Virus record (IMG/VR): IMGVR_UViG_2585427754_000003
DNA from: a virus
Lineage: Duplodnaviria; Heunggongvirae; Uroviricota; Caudoviricetes
Strand: one strand, 5' to 3'
DNA length: 18,155 nucleotides
The notes below the pieces were generated by a model. It saw only the letters and a program-made list of their open reading frames with translations. It was not told the DNA's origin and ran no database searches. Shown in pieces: positions 10,076-18,155 of the stretch. A program made the position numbers and the translations under genes. Positions within the stretch are counted from its first letter, which is position 1. Every line of letters begins with the position of its first letter.

Positions 10076-12629
10076 ACCGGTAGGCGATCTGGTCGTTGAT
10101 TTGAGTCTGGATGCGGCCAGATTTGACGAGCAGATGGCCAGAGTCAGGCGTCATTTTTCCGGTACGGAAAGTGATGCGAAAAAAACAGCGGCAGTCGTTG
10201 AACAGTCGATGAACCGGCAGGCGCTGGCTGCACAGAAAGCGGGAATTTCCGTCGGGCAGTATAAAGCCGCCATGCGTATGCTGCCTGCGCAGTTCACCGA
10301 CGTGGCCACGCAGCTTGCAGGCGAGCAGAGTCCGTGGCTGATCCTGCTGCAACAGGGGGGTCAGGTGAAGGACTCCTTCGGCGGGATGATCCCCATGTTC
10401 CGGGGGCTTGCCGGTGCGATCACCCTGCCGATGGTCGGGGCCACCTCGCTGGCGGTGGCGACCGGTGCGCTGGCGTATGCCTGGTATCAGGGCAACTCAA
10501 CCCTGTCCGATTTCAACAAAACGCTGGTCCTTTCCGGTAATCAGTCAGGTCTGACGGCAGATCGTATGCTGGTCCTGTCCAGAGCCGGGCAGGCGGCAGG
10601 GCTGACGTTTAACCAGACCAGCGAGTCACTCAGCGCACTGGTTAAGGCGGGGGTAAGCGGTGAGGCTCAGATTGCGTCCATCAGCCAGAGTGTGGCGCGT
10701 TTCTCCTCTGCATCCGGCGTGGAGGTGGACAAGGTCGCTGAAGCCTTCGGGAAGCTGACCACTGACCCGACGTCGGGGCTGACGGCGATGGCGCGCCAGT
10801 TCCATAACGTGACGGCGGAGCAGATTGCGTATGTTGCTCAGTTGCAGCGTTCCGGCGATGAGGCCGGGGCATTGCAGGCAGCGAACGAGGCCGCAACGAA
10901 AGGGTTTGATGACCAGACCCGCCGCCTGAAAGAGAACATGGGCACGCTGGAGACCTGGGCAGACAGGACAGCGCGGGCATTCAAATCCATGTGGGATGCG
11001 GTGCTGGATATTGGTCGTCCTGATACCGCGCAGGAGATGTTGATTAAGGCAGAGGCTGCGTTTAAGAAAGCAGACGACATCTGGAATCTGCGCAAGGATG
11101 ATTATTTTGTTAACGATGAAGCGCGGGCGCGTTACTGGGATGATCGTGAAAAGGCCCGTCTTGCGCTTGAAGCCGCCCGAAAGAAGGCTGAGCAGCAGAG
11201 TCAACAGGACAAAAATGCGCAGCAGCAGAGCGATACCGAAGCGTCACGGCTGAAATATACCGAAGAGGCACAGAAGGCTTACGAACGCCTGCAGACACCG
11301 CTGGAGAAATATACCGCCCGTCAGGAGGAACTGAATAAGGCACTGAAAGACGGGAAAATCCTGCAGGCAGATTACAACACGCTGATGGCGGCGGCGAAAA
11401 AGGATTATGAAGCGACGCTGAAAAAGCCGAAACAGTCCGGCGTGAAGGTGTCTGCGGGCGATCGTCAGGAAGACAGTGCTCATGCTGCCCTGCTGACGCT
11501 TCAGGCTGAACTCCGGACGCTGGAGAAGCATGCCGGAGCAAATGAGAAAATCAGCCAGCAGCGCCGGGATTTGTGGAAGGCGGAGAGTCAGTTCGCGGTA
11601 CTGGAGGAGGCGGCGCAACGTCGCCAGCTGTCTGCACAGGAGAAATCCCTGCTGGCGCATAAAGATGATACGCTGGAGTACAAACGCCAGCTGGCTGCAC
11701 TTGGCGACAAGGTTACGTATCAGGAGCGCCTGAACGCGCTGGCGCAGCAGGCGGATAAATTCGCACAGCAGCAACGGGCAAAACGGGCCGCCATTGATGC
11801 GAAAAGCCGGGGGCTGACTGACCGGCAGGCAGAACGAGAAGCCACAGAACAGCGCCTGAAGGAACAGTATGGCGATAATCCGCTGGCGCTGAATAACGTC
11901 ATGTCAGAGCAGAAAAAGACCTGGGCGGCTGAAGACCAGCTTCGCGGGAGCTGGATGGCAGGCCTGAAGTCCGGCTGGAGTGAGTGGGAAGAGAGCGCCA
12001 CGGACAGTATGTCGCAGGTTAAAAGTGCAGCCACGCAGACCTTTGATGGTATTGCACAGAATATGGCGGCGATGCTGACCGGCAGTGAGCAGAACTGGCG
12101 CAGCTTTACCCGTTCCGTGCTGTCCATGATGACAGAAATTCTGCTTAAGCAGGCAATGGTGGGGATTGTCGGGAGTATCGGCAGCGCCATTGGCGGGGCT
12201 GTTGGTGGCGGCGCATCCGCGTCAGGCGGTACAGCCATTCAGGCAGCTGCTGCGAAATTCCATTTTGCGACCGGGGGATTTACGGGAACCGGCGGCAAAT
12301 ATGAGCCAGCGGGGATTGTTCACCGTGGTGAATTTGTCTTCACGAAGGAGGCAACCAGCCGGATTGGCGTGGGGAATCTTTACCGGCTGATGCGCGGCTA
12401 TGCCACCGGCGGTTATGTCGGTACACCGGGCAGCATGGCAGACAGCCGGTCGCAGGCGTCCGGGACGTTTGAGCAGAATAACCATGTGGTGATTAACAAC
12501 GACGGCACGAACGGGCAGATAGGTCCGGCTGCTCTGAAGGCGGTGTATGACATGGCCCGCAAGGGTGCCCGTGATGAAATTCAGACACAGATGCGTGATG
12601 GTGGCCTGTTCTCCGGAGGTGGACGATGA
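10068..12629 (+). CDS. H: Tail tape measure protein H
   Basis: 853-aa ORF (MAEPVGDLVVDLSLDAARFDEQMARVRRHF...GLFSGGGR), identical in length to lambda gpH; coiled-coil-rich, Ala/Gln/Lys-rich middle region. Confidence 0.95.
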   Translation: MAEPVGDLVVDLSLDAARFDEQMARVRRHFSGTESDAKKTAAVVEQSMNRQALAAQKAGISVGQYKAAMRMLPAQFTDVATQLAGEQSPWLILLQQGGQVKDSFGGMIPMFRGLAGAITLPMVGATSLAVATGALAYAWYQGNSTLSDFNKTLVLSGNQSGLTADRMLVLSRAGQAAGLTFNQTSESLSALVKAGVSGEAQIASISQSVARFSSASGVEVDKVAEAFGKLTTDPTSGLTAMARQFHNVTAEQIAYVAQLQRSGDEAGALQAANEAATKGFDDQTRRLKENMGTLETWADRTARAFKSMWDAVLDIGRPDTAQEMLIKAEAAFKKADDIWNLRKDDYFVNDEARARYWDDREKARLALEAARKKAEQQSQQDKNAQQQSDTEASRLKYTEEAQKAYERLQTPLEKYTARQEELNKALKDGKILQADYNTLMAAAKKDYEATLKKPKQSGVKVSAGDRQEDSAHAALLTLQAELRTLEKHAGANEKISQQRRDLWKAESQFAVLEEAAQRRQLSAQEKSLLAHKDDTLEYKRQLAALGDKVTYQERLNALAQQADKFAQQQRAKRAAIDAKSRGLTDRQAEREATEQRLKEQYGDNPLALNNVMSEQKKTWAAEDQLRGSWMAGLKSGWSEWEESATDSMSQVKSAATQTFDGIAQNMAAMLTGSEQNWRSFTRSVLSMMTEILLKQAMVGIVGSIGSAIGGAVGGGASASGGTAIQAAAAKFHFATGGFTGTGGKYEPAGIVHRGEFVFTKEATSRIGVGNLYRLMRGYATGGYVGTPGSMADSRSQASGTFEQNNHVVINNDGTNGQIGPAALKAVYDMARKGARDEIQTQMRDGGLFSGGGR

Positions 12630-12955
12630 AAACCTTCCGCTGGAAAGTGAAACCCGGTATGGATGTGGCTTCGGCCCCTTCTGTAAGAAAGGTGCGCTTT
12701 GGTGATGGCTATTCCCAGCGAGCGCCTGCCGGGCTGAATGCCAACCTGAAAACGTACAGCGTGACGCTTTCTGTCCCCCGTGAGGAGGCCACGGTACTGG
12801 AGTCGTTTCTGGAAGAGCACGGGGGCTGGAAATCCTTTCTGTGGACGCCGCCTTATGAGTGGCGGCAGATAAAGGTGACCTGCGCAAAATGGTCGTCGCG
12901 GGTCAGTATGTTGCGTGTTGAGTTCAGCGCAGAGTTTGAACAGGTGGTGAACTGA
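12626..12955 (+). CDS. M: Tail tip protein M
   Basis: 109-aa ORF MKTFRWKVKPGMDVASAPSVRKVRFGDGYSQRAPAGLNANLKTYSVTL..., matches lambda gpM; ATGA overlap with H. Confidence 0.9.
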   Translation: MKTFRWKVKPGMDVASAPSVRKVRFGDGYSQRAPAGLNANLKTYSVTLSVPREEATVLESFLEEHGGWKSFLWTPPYEWRQIKVTCAKWSSRVSMLRVEFSAEFEQVVN

Positions 12956-13653
12956 TGCAGGATATCCGGCAGGAAACACTGAATGAATGCACCCGTGCGG
13001 AGCAGTCGGCCAGCGTGGTGCTATGGGAAATCGACCTGACAGAGGTCGGTGGAGAACGTTATTTTTTCTGTAATGAGCAGAACGAAAAAGGTGAGCCGGT
13101 CACCTGGCAGGGGCGACAGTATCAGCCGTATCCCATTCAGGGGAGTGGTTTCGAACTGAATGGCAAAGGCACCAGTACGCGCCCCACGCTGACGGTTTCT
13201 AACCTGTATGGCATGGTCACCGGGATGGCGGAAGATCTGCAGAGTCTGGTCGGCGGAACGGTGGTCCGGCGTAAGGTTTACGCCCGTTTTCTGGATGCGG
13301 TGAACTTCGTCAACGGAAACAGCGACGCCGATCCGGAGCAGGAGGTGATTAGCCGCTGGCGCATCGAGCAGTGCAGCGAATTGAGCGCGGTCAGTGCCTC
13401 CTTTGTACTGTCCACGCCGACTGAAACGGATGGCGCTGTTTTTCCGGGACGTATCATGCTGGCTAACACCTGCACCTGGACCTATCGCGGTGATGAGTGC
13501 GGTTATAACGGTCCGGCGGTCGCGGATGAATATGACCAGCCGACGTCCGATATCACGAAGGATAAATGCAGCAAATGCCTGAGCGGTTGTAAGTTCCGCA
13601 ATAACGTCGGCAACTTTGGCGGCTTCCTTTCCATTAACAAACTTTCGCAGTAA
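12955..13653 (+). CDS. L: Tail tip protein L
   Basis: 232-aa ORF MQDIRQETLNECTRAEQSASVVLWEIDLTEVGGERYFFCNEQNEKGEPVTWQG..., matches lambda gpL; TGATG overlap with M. Confidence 0.9.
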   Translation: MQDIRQETLNECTRAEQSASVVLWEIDLTEVGGERYFFCNEQNEKGEPVTWQGRQYQPYPIQGSGFELNGKGTSTRPTLTVSNLYGMVTGMAEDLQSLVGGTVVRRKVYARFLDAVNFVNGNSDADPEQEVISRWRIEQCSELSAVSASFVLSTPTETDGAVFPGRIMLANTCTWTYRGDECGYNGPAVADEYDQPTSDITKDKCSKCLSGCKFRNNVGNFGGFLSINKLSQ

Positions 13654-13658
13654 ATCCC

Positions 13659-14402
13659 ATGACACAGACAGAATCAGCGATTCTGGCGCACGCCCGGCGA
13701 TGTGCGCCAGCGGAGTCGTGCGGCTTCGTGGTAAGCACGCCGGAGGGGGAAAGATATTTCCCCTGCGTGAATATCTCCGGTGAGCCGGAGGCGTATTTCC
13801 GTATGTCGCCGGAAGACTGGCTGCAGGCAGAAATGCAGGGTGAGATTGTGGCGCTGGTCCACAGCCACCCCGGTGGTCTGCCCTGGCTGAGTGAGGCCGA
13901 CCGGCGGCTGCAGGTGCAGAGTGATTTGCCGTGGTGGCTGGTCTGCCGGGGGACGATTCATAAGTTCCGCTGTGTGCCGCATCTCACCGGGCGGCGCTTT
14001 GAACACGGGGTGACGGACTGTTACACGCTGTTCCGGGATGCTTATCATCTGGCGGGGATTGAGATGCCGGATTTTCATCGCGAGGATGACTGGTGGCGTC
14101 ACGGTCAGAATCTCTATCTGGATAATCTGGAGGCCACAGGGCTGTATCAGGTGCCGTTGTCAGCGGCGCAGCCGGGCGATGTGCTGCTGTGCTGTTTTGG
14201 TTCATCGGTGCCGAATCATGCCGCCATTTACTGTGGTGATGGCGAGCTGCTGCACCATATTCCTGAACAACTGAGCAAACGAGAGAGGTACACCGACAAA
14301 TGGCAGCGACGCACACACTCCCTCTGGCGTCACCGGGCATGGCACGCATCTGCCTTTACGGGGATTTACAACGATTTGGCCGCCGCATCGACCTTCGTGT
14401 GA
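13659..14402 (+). CDS. K: Tail tip assembly protein K (JAMM/MPN plus NlpC/P60 two-domain protein)
   Basis: 247-aa ORF starting 5 nt after the L stop. JAMM signature HSHPGGLPWLSEAD (HxH-x7-S-x2-D) with an upstream Glu in ...PAESCGFVV; C-terminal NlpC/P60-like region with Cys in DCYTLFRDAY and His in HAAIYCGDG. An alternative internal start at ATG 13803, preceded by ggagg, would give 199 aa. Confidence 0.8.
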   Translation: MTQTESAILAHARRCAPAESCGFVVSTPEGERYFPCVNISGEPEAYFRMSPEDWLQAEMQGEIVALVHSHPGGLPWLSEADRRLQVQSDLPWWLVCRGTIHKFRCVPHLTGRRFEHGVTDCYTLFRDAYHLAGIEMPDFHREDDWWRHGQNLYLDNLEATGLYQVPLSAAQPGDVLLCCFGSSVPNHAAIYCGDGELLHHIPEQLSKRERYTDKWQRRTHSLWRHRAWHASAFTGIYNDLAAASTFV

Positions 14403-14971
14403 AAACGGGGGCTGAAGCCATCCGCGCACTGGCCACACAGCTCCCGGCGTTTCGTCAGAAACTGAGCGACGGCTGGTATCAGGTACGGATTGCCGGGCAG
14501 GATGTCAGCACGTCCGGATTAACGGCGCAGTTACATGAGACTCTGCCTGATGGCGCTGTGATTCATATTGTTCCCAGAGTCGCCGGGGCCAAGTCAGGTG
14601 GCGTATTCCAGATTGTCCTGGGAGCAGCCGCCATTGCCGGATCATTCTTTACCGCCGGAGCCACCCTTGCAGCATGGGGGGCAGCCATTGGGGCCGGTGG
14701 TATGACCGGCATCCTGTTTTCTCTCGGTGCCAGTATGGTGCTCGGTGGTGTGGCGCAGATGCTTGCACCGAAAGCCAGAACTCCCCGTACACAGACAACG
14801 GATAACGGCAAACAGAACACCTATTTCTCCTCACTGGATAACATGGTTGCCCAGGGCAATGTTCTGCCTGTTCTGTACGGTGAAATGCGCGTGGGGTCAC
14901 GCGTGGTTTCTCAGGAGATCAGCACGGCAGACGAAGGGGATGGTGGTCAGGTTGTGGTGATTGGTCGCTGA
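14300..14971 (+). CDS. I: Tail tip assembly protein I
   Basis: 223-aa ORF MAATHTLPLASPGMARICLYGDLQRFGRRIDLRVKTGAEAIRALATQLPAF..., matches lambda gpI in length; overlaps the K 3' end by ~100 nt in another frame, as in lambda. Confidence 0.9.
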   Translation: MAATHTLPLASPGMARICLYGDLQRFGRRIDLRVKTGAEAIRALATQLPAFRQKLSDGWYQVRIAGQDVSTSGLTAQLHETLPDGAVIHIVPRVAGAKSGGVFQIVLGAAAIAGSFFTAGATLAAWGAAIGAGGMTGILFSLGASMVLGGVAQMLAPKARTPRTQTTDNGKQNTYFSSLDNMVAQGNVLPVLYGEMRVGSRVVSQEISTADEGDGGQVVVIGR

Positions 14972-14989
14972 TGCAAAATGTTTTATGTG

Positions 14990-15010
14990 AAACCGCCTCC
15001 GGGCGGTTTT
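14990..15010 (+). promoter_or_regulatory. Terminator-like hairpin in the I-J intergenic region
   Basis: aaaccgcc tccg ggcggtttt: perfect 8-bp stem (14990-14997 and 15002-15009), 4-nt loop, trailing T-run; 22 nt upstream of the J ATG. Confidence 0.4.
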
Positions 15011-15031
15011 ATCGTTTATGGAGCGTGAGGA

Positions 15032-18000
15032 ATGGGTAAAGGCAGCAGTAAGGGGCATACCCCGCGCGAAGCGAAGGACAACCTGAAGTCCACGCAGCTG
15101 CTGAGTGTGATCGATGCCATCAGCGAAGGGCCGGTTGAAGGTCCGGTGGATGGATTAAAAAGCGTGCTGCTGAACAGTACGCCGGTGCTGGACAGTGAGG
15201 GGAATACCAATATATCCGGCGTCACGGTGGTGTTCCGGGCCGGTGAGCAGGAGCAGACACCGCCGGAGGGATTTGAATCCTCCGGCTCCGAGACGGTGCT
15301 CGGTACAGAAGTGAAATATGACACGCCGATCACCCGGACCATCACGTCGGCAAACATTGACCGTCTGCGTTTTACTTTCGGCGTGCAGGCACTGGTGGAA
15401 ACCACCTCAAAGGGTGACCGGAATCCGTCGGAAGTCCGCCTGCTGGTTCAGATACAACGTAACGGTGGCTGGGTGACGGAAAAAGACATCACCATTAAGG
15501 GTAAAACCACTTCACAGTATCTGGCCTCGGTGGTGGTGGATAACCTGCCGCCGCGCCCGTTCAGTATCCGGATGCGCAGGATGACGCCGGACAGCACCAC
15601 AGACCAGCTGCAGAACAAAACGCTCTGGTCGTCATACACCGAAATTATCGATGTGAAACAGTGCTACCCGAACACGGCACTGATCGGCGTGCAGGTGGAC
15701 TCGGAGCAGTTCGGCAGCCAGCAGGTGAGCCGTAATTATCATCTGCGCGGGCGTATTCTGCAGGTGCCGTCGAATTATAACCCGCAGACGCGGCAATACA
15801 GCGGTATCTGGGACGGAACGTTTAAACCGGCATACAGCAACAACATGGCCTGGTGTCTGTGGGATATGCTGACCCATCCGCGCTACGGCATGGGGAAACG
15901 TCTTGGTGCGGCGGATGTGGATAAATGGGCGCTGTATGTCATCGGCCAGTACTGCGACCAGTCAGTGCCGGACGGCTTTGGCGGCACGGAGCCGCGCATC
16001 ACCTGTAATGCGTACCTGACCACACAGCGCAAGGCGTGGGATGTGCTCAGTGATTTCTGCTCGGCGATGCGCTGTATGCCGGTATGGAACGGGCAGACGC
16101 TGACGTTCGTGCAGGACCGACCATCAGATAAGGTGTGGACCTATAACCGCAGTAATGTGGTGATGCCGGATGATGGCGCGCCGTTCCGCTACAGCTTCAG
16201 CGCCCTGAAGGACCGCCATAATGCCGTTGAGGTGAACTGGATTGACCCGAACAACGGCTGGGAGACGGCGACAGAGCTTGTTGAAGATACGCAGGCCATT
16301 GCCCGTTACGGTCGTAATGTTACGAAGATGGATGCCTTTGGCTGTACCAGACGGGGGCAGGCACACCGCGCCGGGCTGTGGCTGATTAAAACGGAGCTGC
16401 TGGAGACGCAGACCGTGGATTTCAGCGTGGGTGCCGAAGGGCTTCGCCATGTGCCGGGTGATGTTATTGAAATCTGCGATGATGACTATGCGGGGATCAG
16501 CATCGGCGGGCGCGTGCTAGCTGTGAACAGCCAGACCCGGACGCTGACGCTCGACCGTGAAATCACGCTGCCATCCTCCGGTACCACGCTAATAAGCCTG
16601 GTTGACGGAAGTGGCAATCCGGTCAGCGTGGAGGTCCAGTCCGTCACCGACGGCGTGAAGGTAAAAGTTAGCCGGGTTCCTGACGGTGTTGCTGAATACA
16701 GCGTGTGGGGGCTTAAGCTGCCGACGCTGCGCCAGCGCCTGTTCCGCTGTGTGAGTATCCGTGAGAACGATGACGGCACGTATGCCATCACTGCCGTGCA
16801 GCATGTACCGGAAAAAGAAGCCATCGTGGATAACGGGGCGCACTTTGACGGCGACCAGAGCGGCACGGTGAATGGTGTCACGCCGCCAGCGGTGCAGCAC
16901 CTGACCGCCGAAGTCACCGCAGGCAGCGGGGAATATCAGGTGCTGGCGCGCTGGGACACGCCGAAGGTGGTGAAGGGCGTGAGCTTCCTGCTCCGTCTGA
17001 CCGTAACAGCGGATGACGGCAGTGAGCGGCTGGTCAGCACGGCCCGGACGACGGAAACCACATACCGCTTCACGCAACTGGCGCTGGGGAACTACAGGCT
17101 GACAGTCCGGGCGGTAAATGCGTGGGGGCAGCAGGGCGATCCGGCGTCGGTATCGTTCCGGATTGCCGCACCGGCAGCACCGTCGAGGATTGAGCTGACG
17201 CCGGGCTATTTTCAGATAACCGCCACGCCGCATCTTGCCGTTTATGACCCGACGGTACAGTTTGAGTTCTGGTTCTCGGAAAAGCGGATTGCGGATATCA
17301 GGCAGGTTGAAACCACAGCCCGCTATCTTGGTACGGCGCTGTACTGGATAGCCGCCAGTATCAATATCAAACCGGGCCATGATTATTACTTTTATATCCG
17401 CAGTGTGAACACCGTCGGCAAATCGGCATTTGTGGAGGCCGTCGGTCGGGCGAGCGATGATGCGGAAGGTTACCTGGATTTTTTCAAAGGCCAGATAACC
17501 GAATCCCATCTTGGCAAGAAGCTGCTGGAAAAAGTCGAGCTGACGGAGGATAACGCCAGCAGACTGGAGGAGTTTTCGAAAGAGTGGAAAGACGCCAACG
17601 ATAAATGGAATGCCATGTGGGGCGTCAAAATTGAGCAGACCGAAGACGGCAAACATTATGTCGCGGGTATTGGCCTCAGTATGGAGGACACGGAGGAAGG
17701 CAAACTGAGTCAGTTTCTGGTTGCCGCTAACCGTATCGCGTTTATTGACCCGGCAAACGGGAATGAAACGCCGATGTTTGTGGCGCAGGGCAACCAGATA
17801 TTCATGAACGACGTGTTCCTGAAACGCCTGACGGCACCCACCATTACCAGCGGTGGCAGTCCTCCGGTATTTTCCCTGACATCAGACGGAAAGCTGACCG
17901 CTAAAAATGCGGATATCAGTGGCAGTGTGAATGCGAACTCAGGAACGCTCAACAATGTCACGATTAACCAGAACTGTACGATTAAGGGCATGCTGGAGGC

Positions 18001-18155
18001 GACCCAGGTCAGAGGGGATTTCGTTAAAGCTGTATCAAAAGCCTTCCCGAAAAAAGTCGGTACGTGGGGTAACACGGAAACACCAGACGGTACGGTTACA
18101 GTCACCATCAGCGATGATCATAACTTTGACCGCCAGATTATTATTCCGCCCATTA
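15032..18155 (+). CDS. J: Central tail fibre / host specificity protein J, 3'-truncated by window edge (first ~1041 codons)
   Basis: ATG at 15032 behind SD gaggaa; frame 2 stays open to the end of the window ([54 protein letters not shown]...). Colinear with lambda gpJ over most of its length. Absent from the ORF track only because no stop lies within the window. Confidence 0.95.
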   Translation, partial: MGKGSSKGHTPREAKDNLKSTQLLSVIDAISEGPVEGPVDGLKSVLLNSTPVLDSEGNTNISGVTVVFRAGEQEQTPPEGFESSGSETVLGTEVKYDTPITRTITSANIDRLRFTFGVQALVETTSKGDRNPSEVRLLVQIQRNGGWVTEKDITIKGKTTSQYLASVVVDNLPPRPFSIRMRRMTPDSTTDQLQNKTLWSSYTEIIDVKQCYPNTALIGVQVDSEQFGSQQVSRNYHLRGRILQVPSNYNPQTRQYSGIWDGTFKPAYSNNMAWCLWDMLTHPRYGMGKRLGAADVDKWALYVIGQYCDQSVPDGFGGTEPRITCNAYLTTQRKAWDVLSDFCSAMRCMPVWNGQTLTFVQDRPSDKVWTYNRSNVVMPDDGAPFRYSFSALKDRHNAVEVNWIDPNNGWETATELVEDTQAIARYGRNVTKMDAFGCTRRGQAHRAGLWLIKTELLETQTVDFSVGAEGLRHVPGDVIEICDDDYAGISIGGRVLAVNSQTRTLTLDREITLPSSGTTLISLVDGSGNPVSVEVQSVTDGVKVKVSRVPDGVAEYSVWGLKLPTLRQRLFRCVSIRENDDGTYAITAVQHVPEKEAIVDNGAHFDGDQSGTVNGVTPPAVQHLTAEVTAGSGEYQVLARWDTPKVVKGVSFLLRLTVTADDGSERLVSTARTTETTYRFTQLALGNYRLTVRAVNAWGQQGDPASVSFRIAAPAAPSRIELTPGYFQITATPHLAVYDPTVQFEFWFSEKRIADIRQVETTARYLGTALYWIAASINIKPGHDYYFYIRSVNTVGKSAFVEAVGRASDDAEGYLDFFKGQITESHLGKKLLEKVELTEDNASRLEEFSKEWKDANDKWNAMWGVKIEQTEDGKHYVAGIGLSMEDTEEGKLSQFLVAANRIAFIDPANGNETPMFVAQGNQIFMNDVFLKRLTAPTITSGGSPPVFSLTSDGKLTAKNADISGSVNANSGTLNNVTINQNCTIKGMLEATQVRGDFVKAVSKAFPKKVGTWGNTETPDGTVTVTISDDHNFDRQIIIPPI

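Noticed and set aside
10626-12887. Series of minus-strand ORFs (10626..11204, 11244..11774, 11720..12238, 12222..12887) inside H and M
   Set aside because: All are antisense to the tape measure gene H, whose 853-aa product matches lambda gpH end to end. Treated as frame artefacts.
16589-17656. 355-aa ORF on the minus strand
   Set aside because: Lies entirely antisense to the well-supported J coding sequence; long antisense ORFs are expected in GC-rich coding DNA. No start context or recognisable motif.

Overview
This 18.1-kb window is almost entirely the late (morphogenetic) operon of a lambda-like prophage on the + strand: terminase large subunit A, W, portal B, prohead protease/scaffold C-Nu3, major capsid E, FI, FII, Z, U, V, G and G-T, tape measure H, M, L, K, I and the first ~1041 codons of the central tail fibre J. 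Genes are tightly packed with overlapping stop/start codons. Two structural anomalies stand out. First, nt 1 to ~598 is the 3' end of an IS21-family element (istB plus right terminus) that abuts the last 51 nt of nu1, so cos and nearly all of the small terminase gene are absent from this position. Second, a clean deletion of roughly 385 bp removes the decoration-protein gene D and the last codons of C/Nu3, leaving C/Nu3 fused in frame to E. The visible C-terminal part of J also diverges from lambda. I see no CRISPR array, tRNA/rRNA or recognisable defence or moron cassette; the minus-strand ORFs in the track look like antisense artefacts of GC-rich coding sequence. The novelty here is structural (an IS-truncated, D-less lambda-like prophage with a protease-scaffold-capsid gene fusion), not a new system. 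All comparisons to lambda are from my recollection of the reference sequence and need confirmation by alignment.
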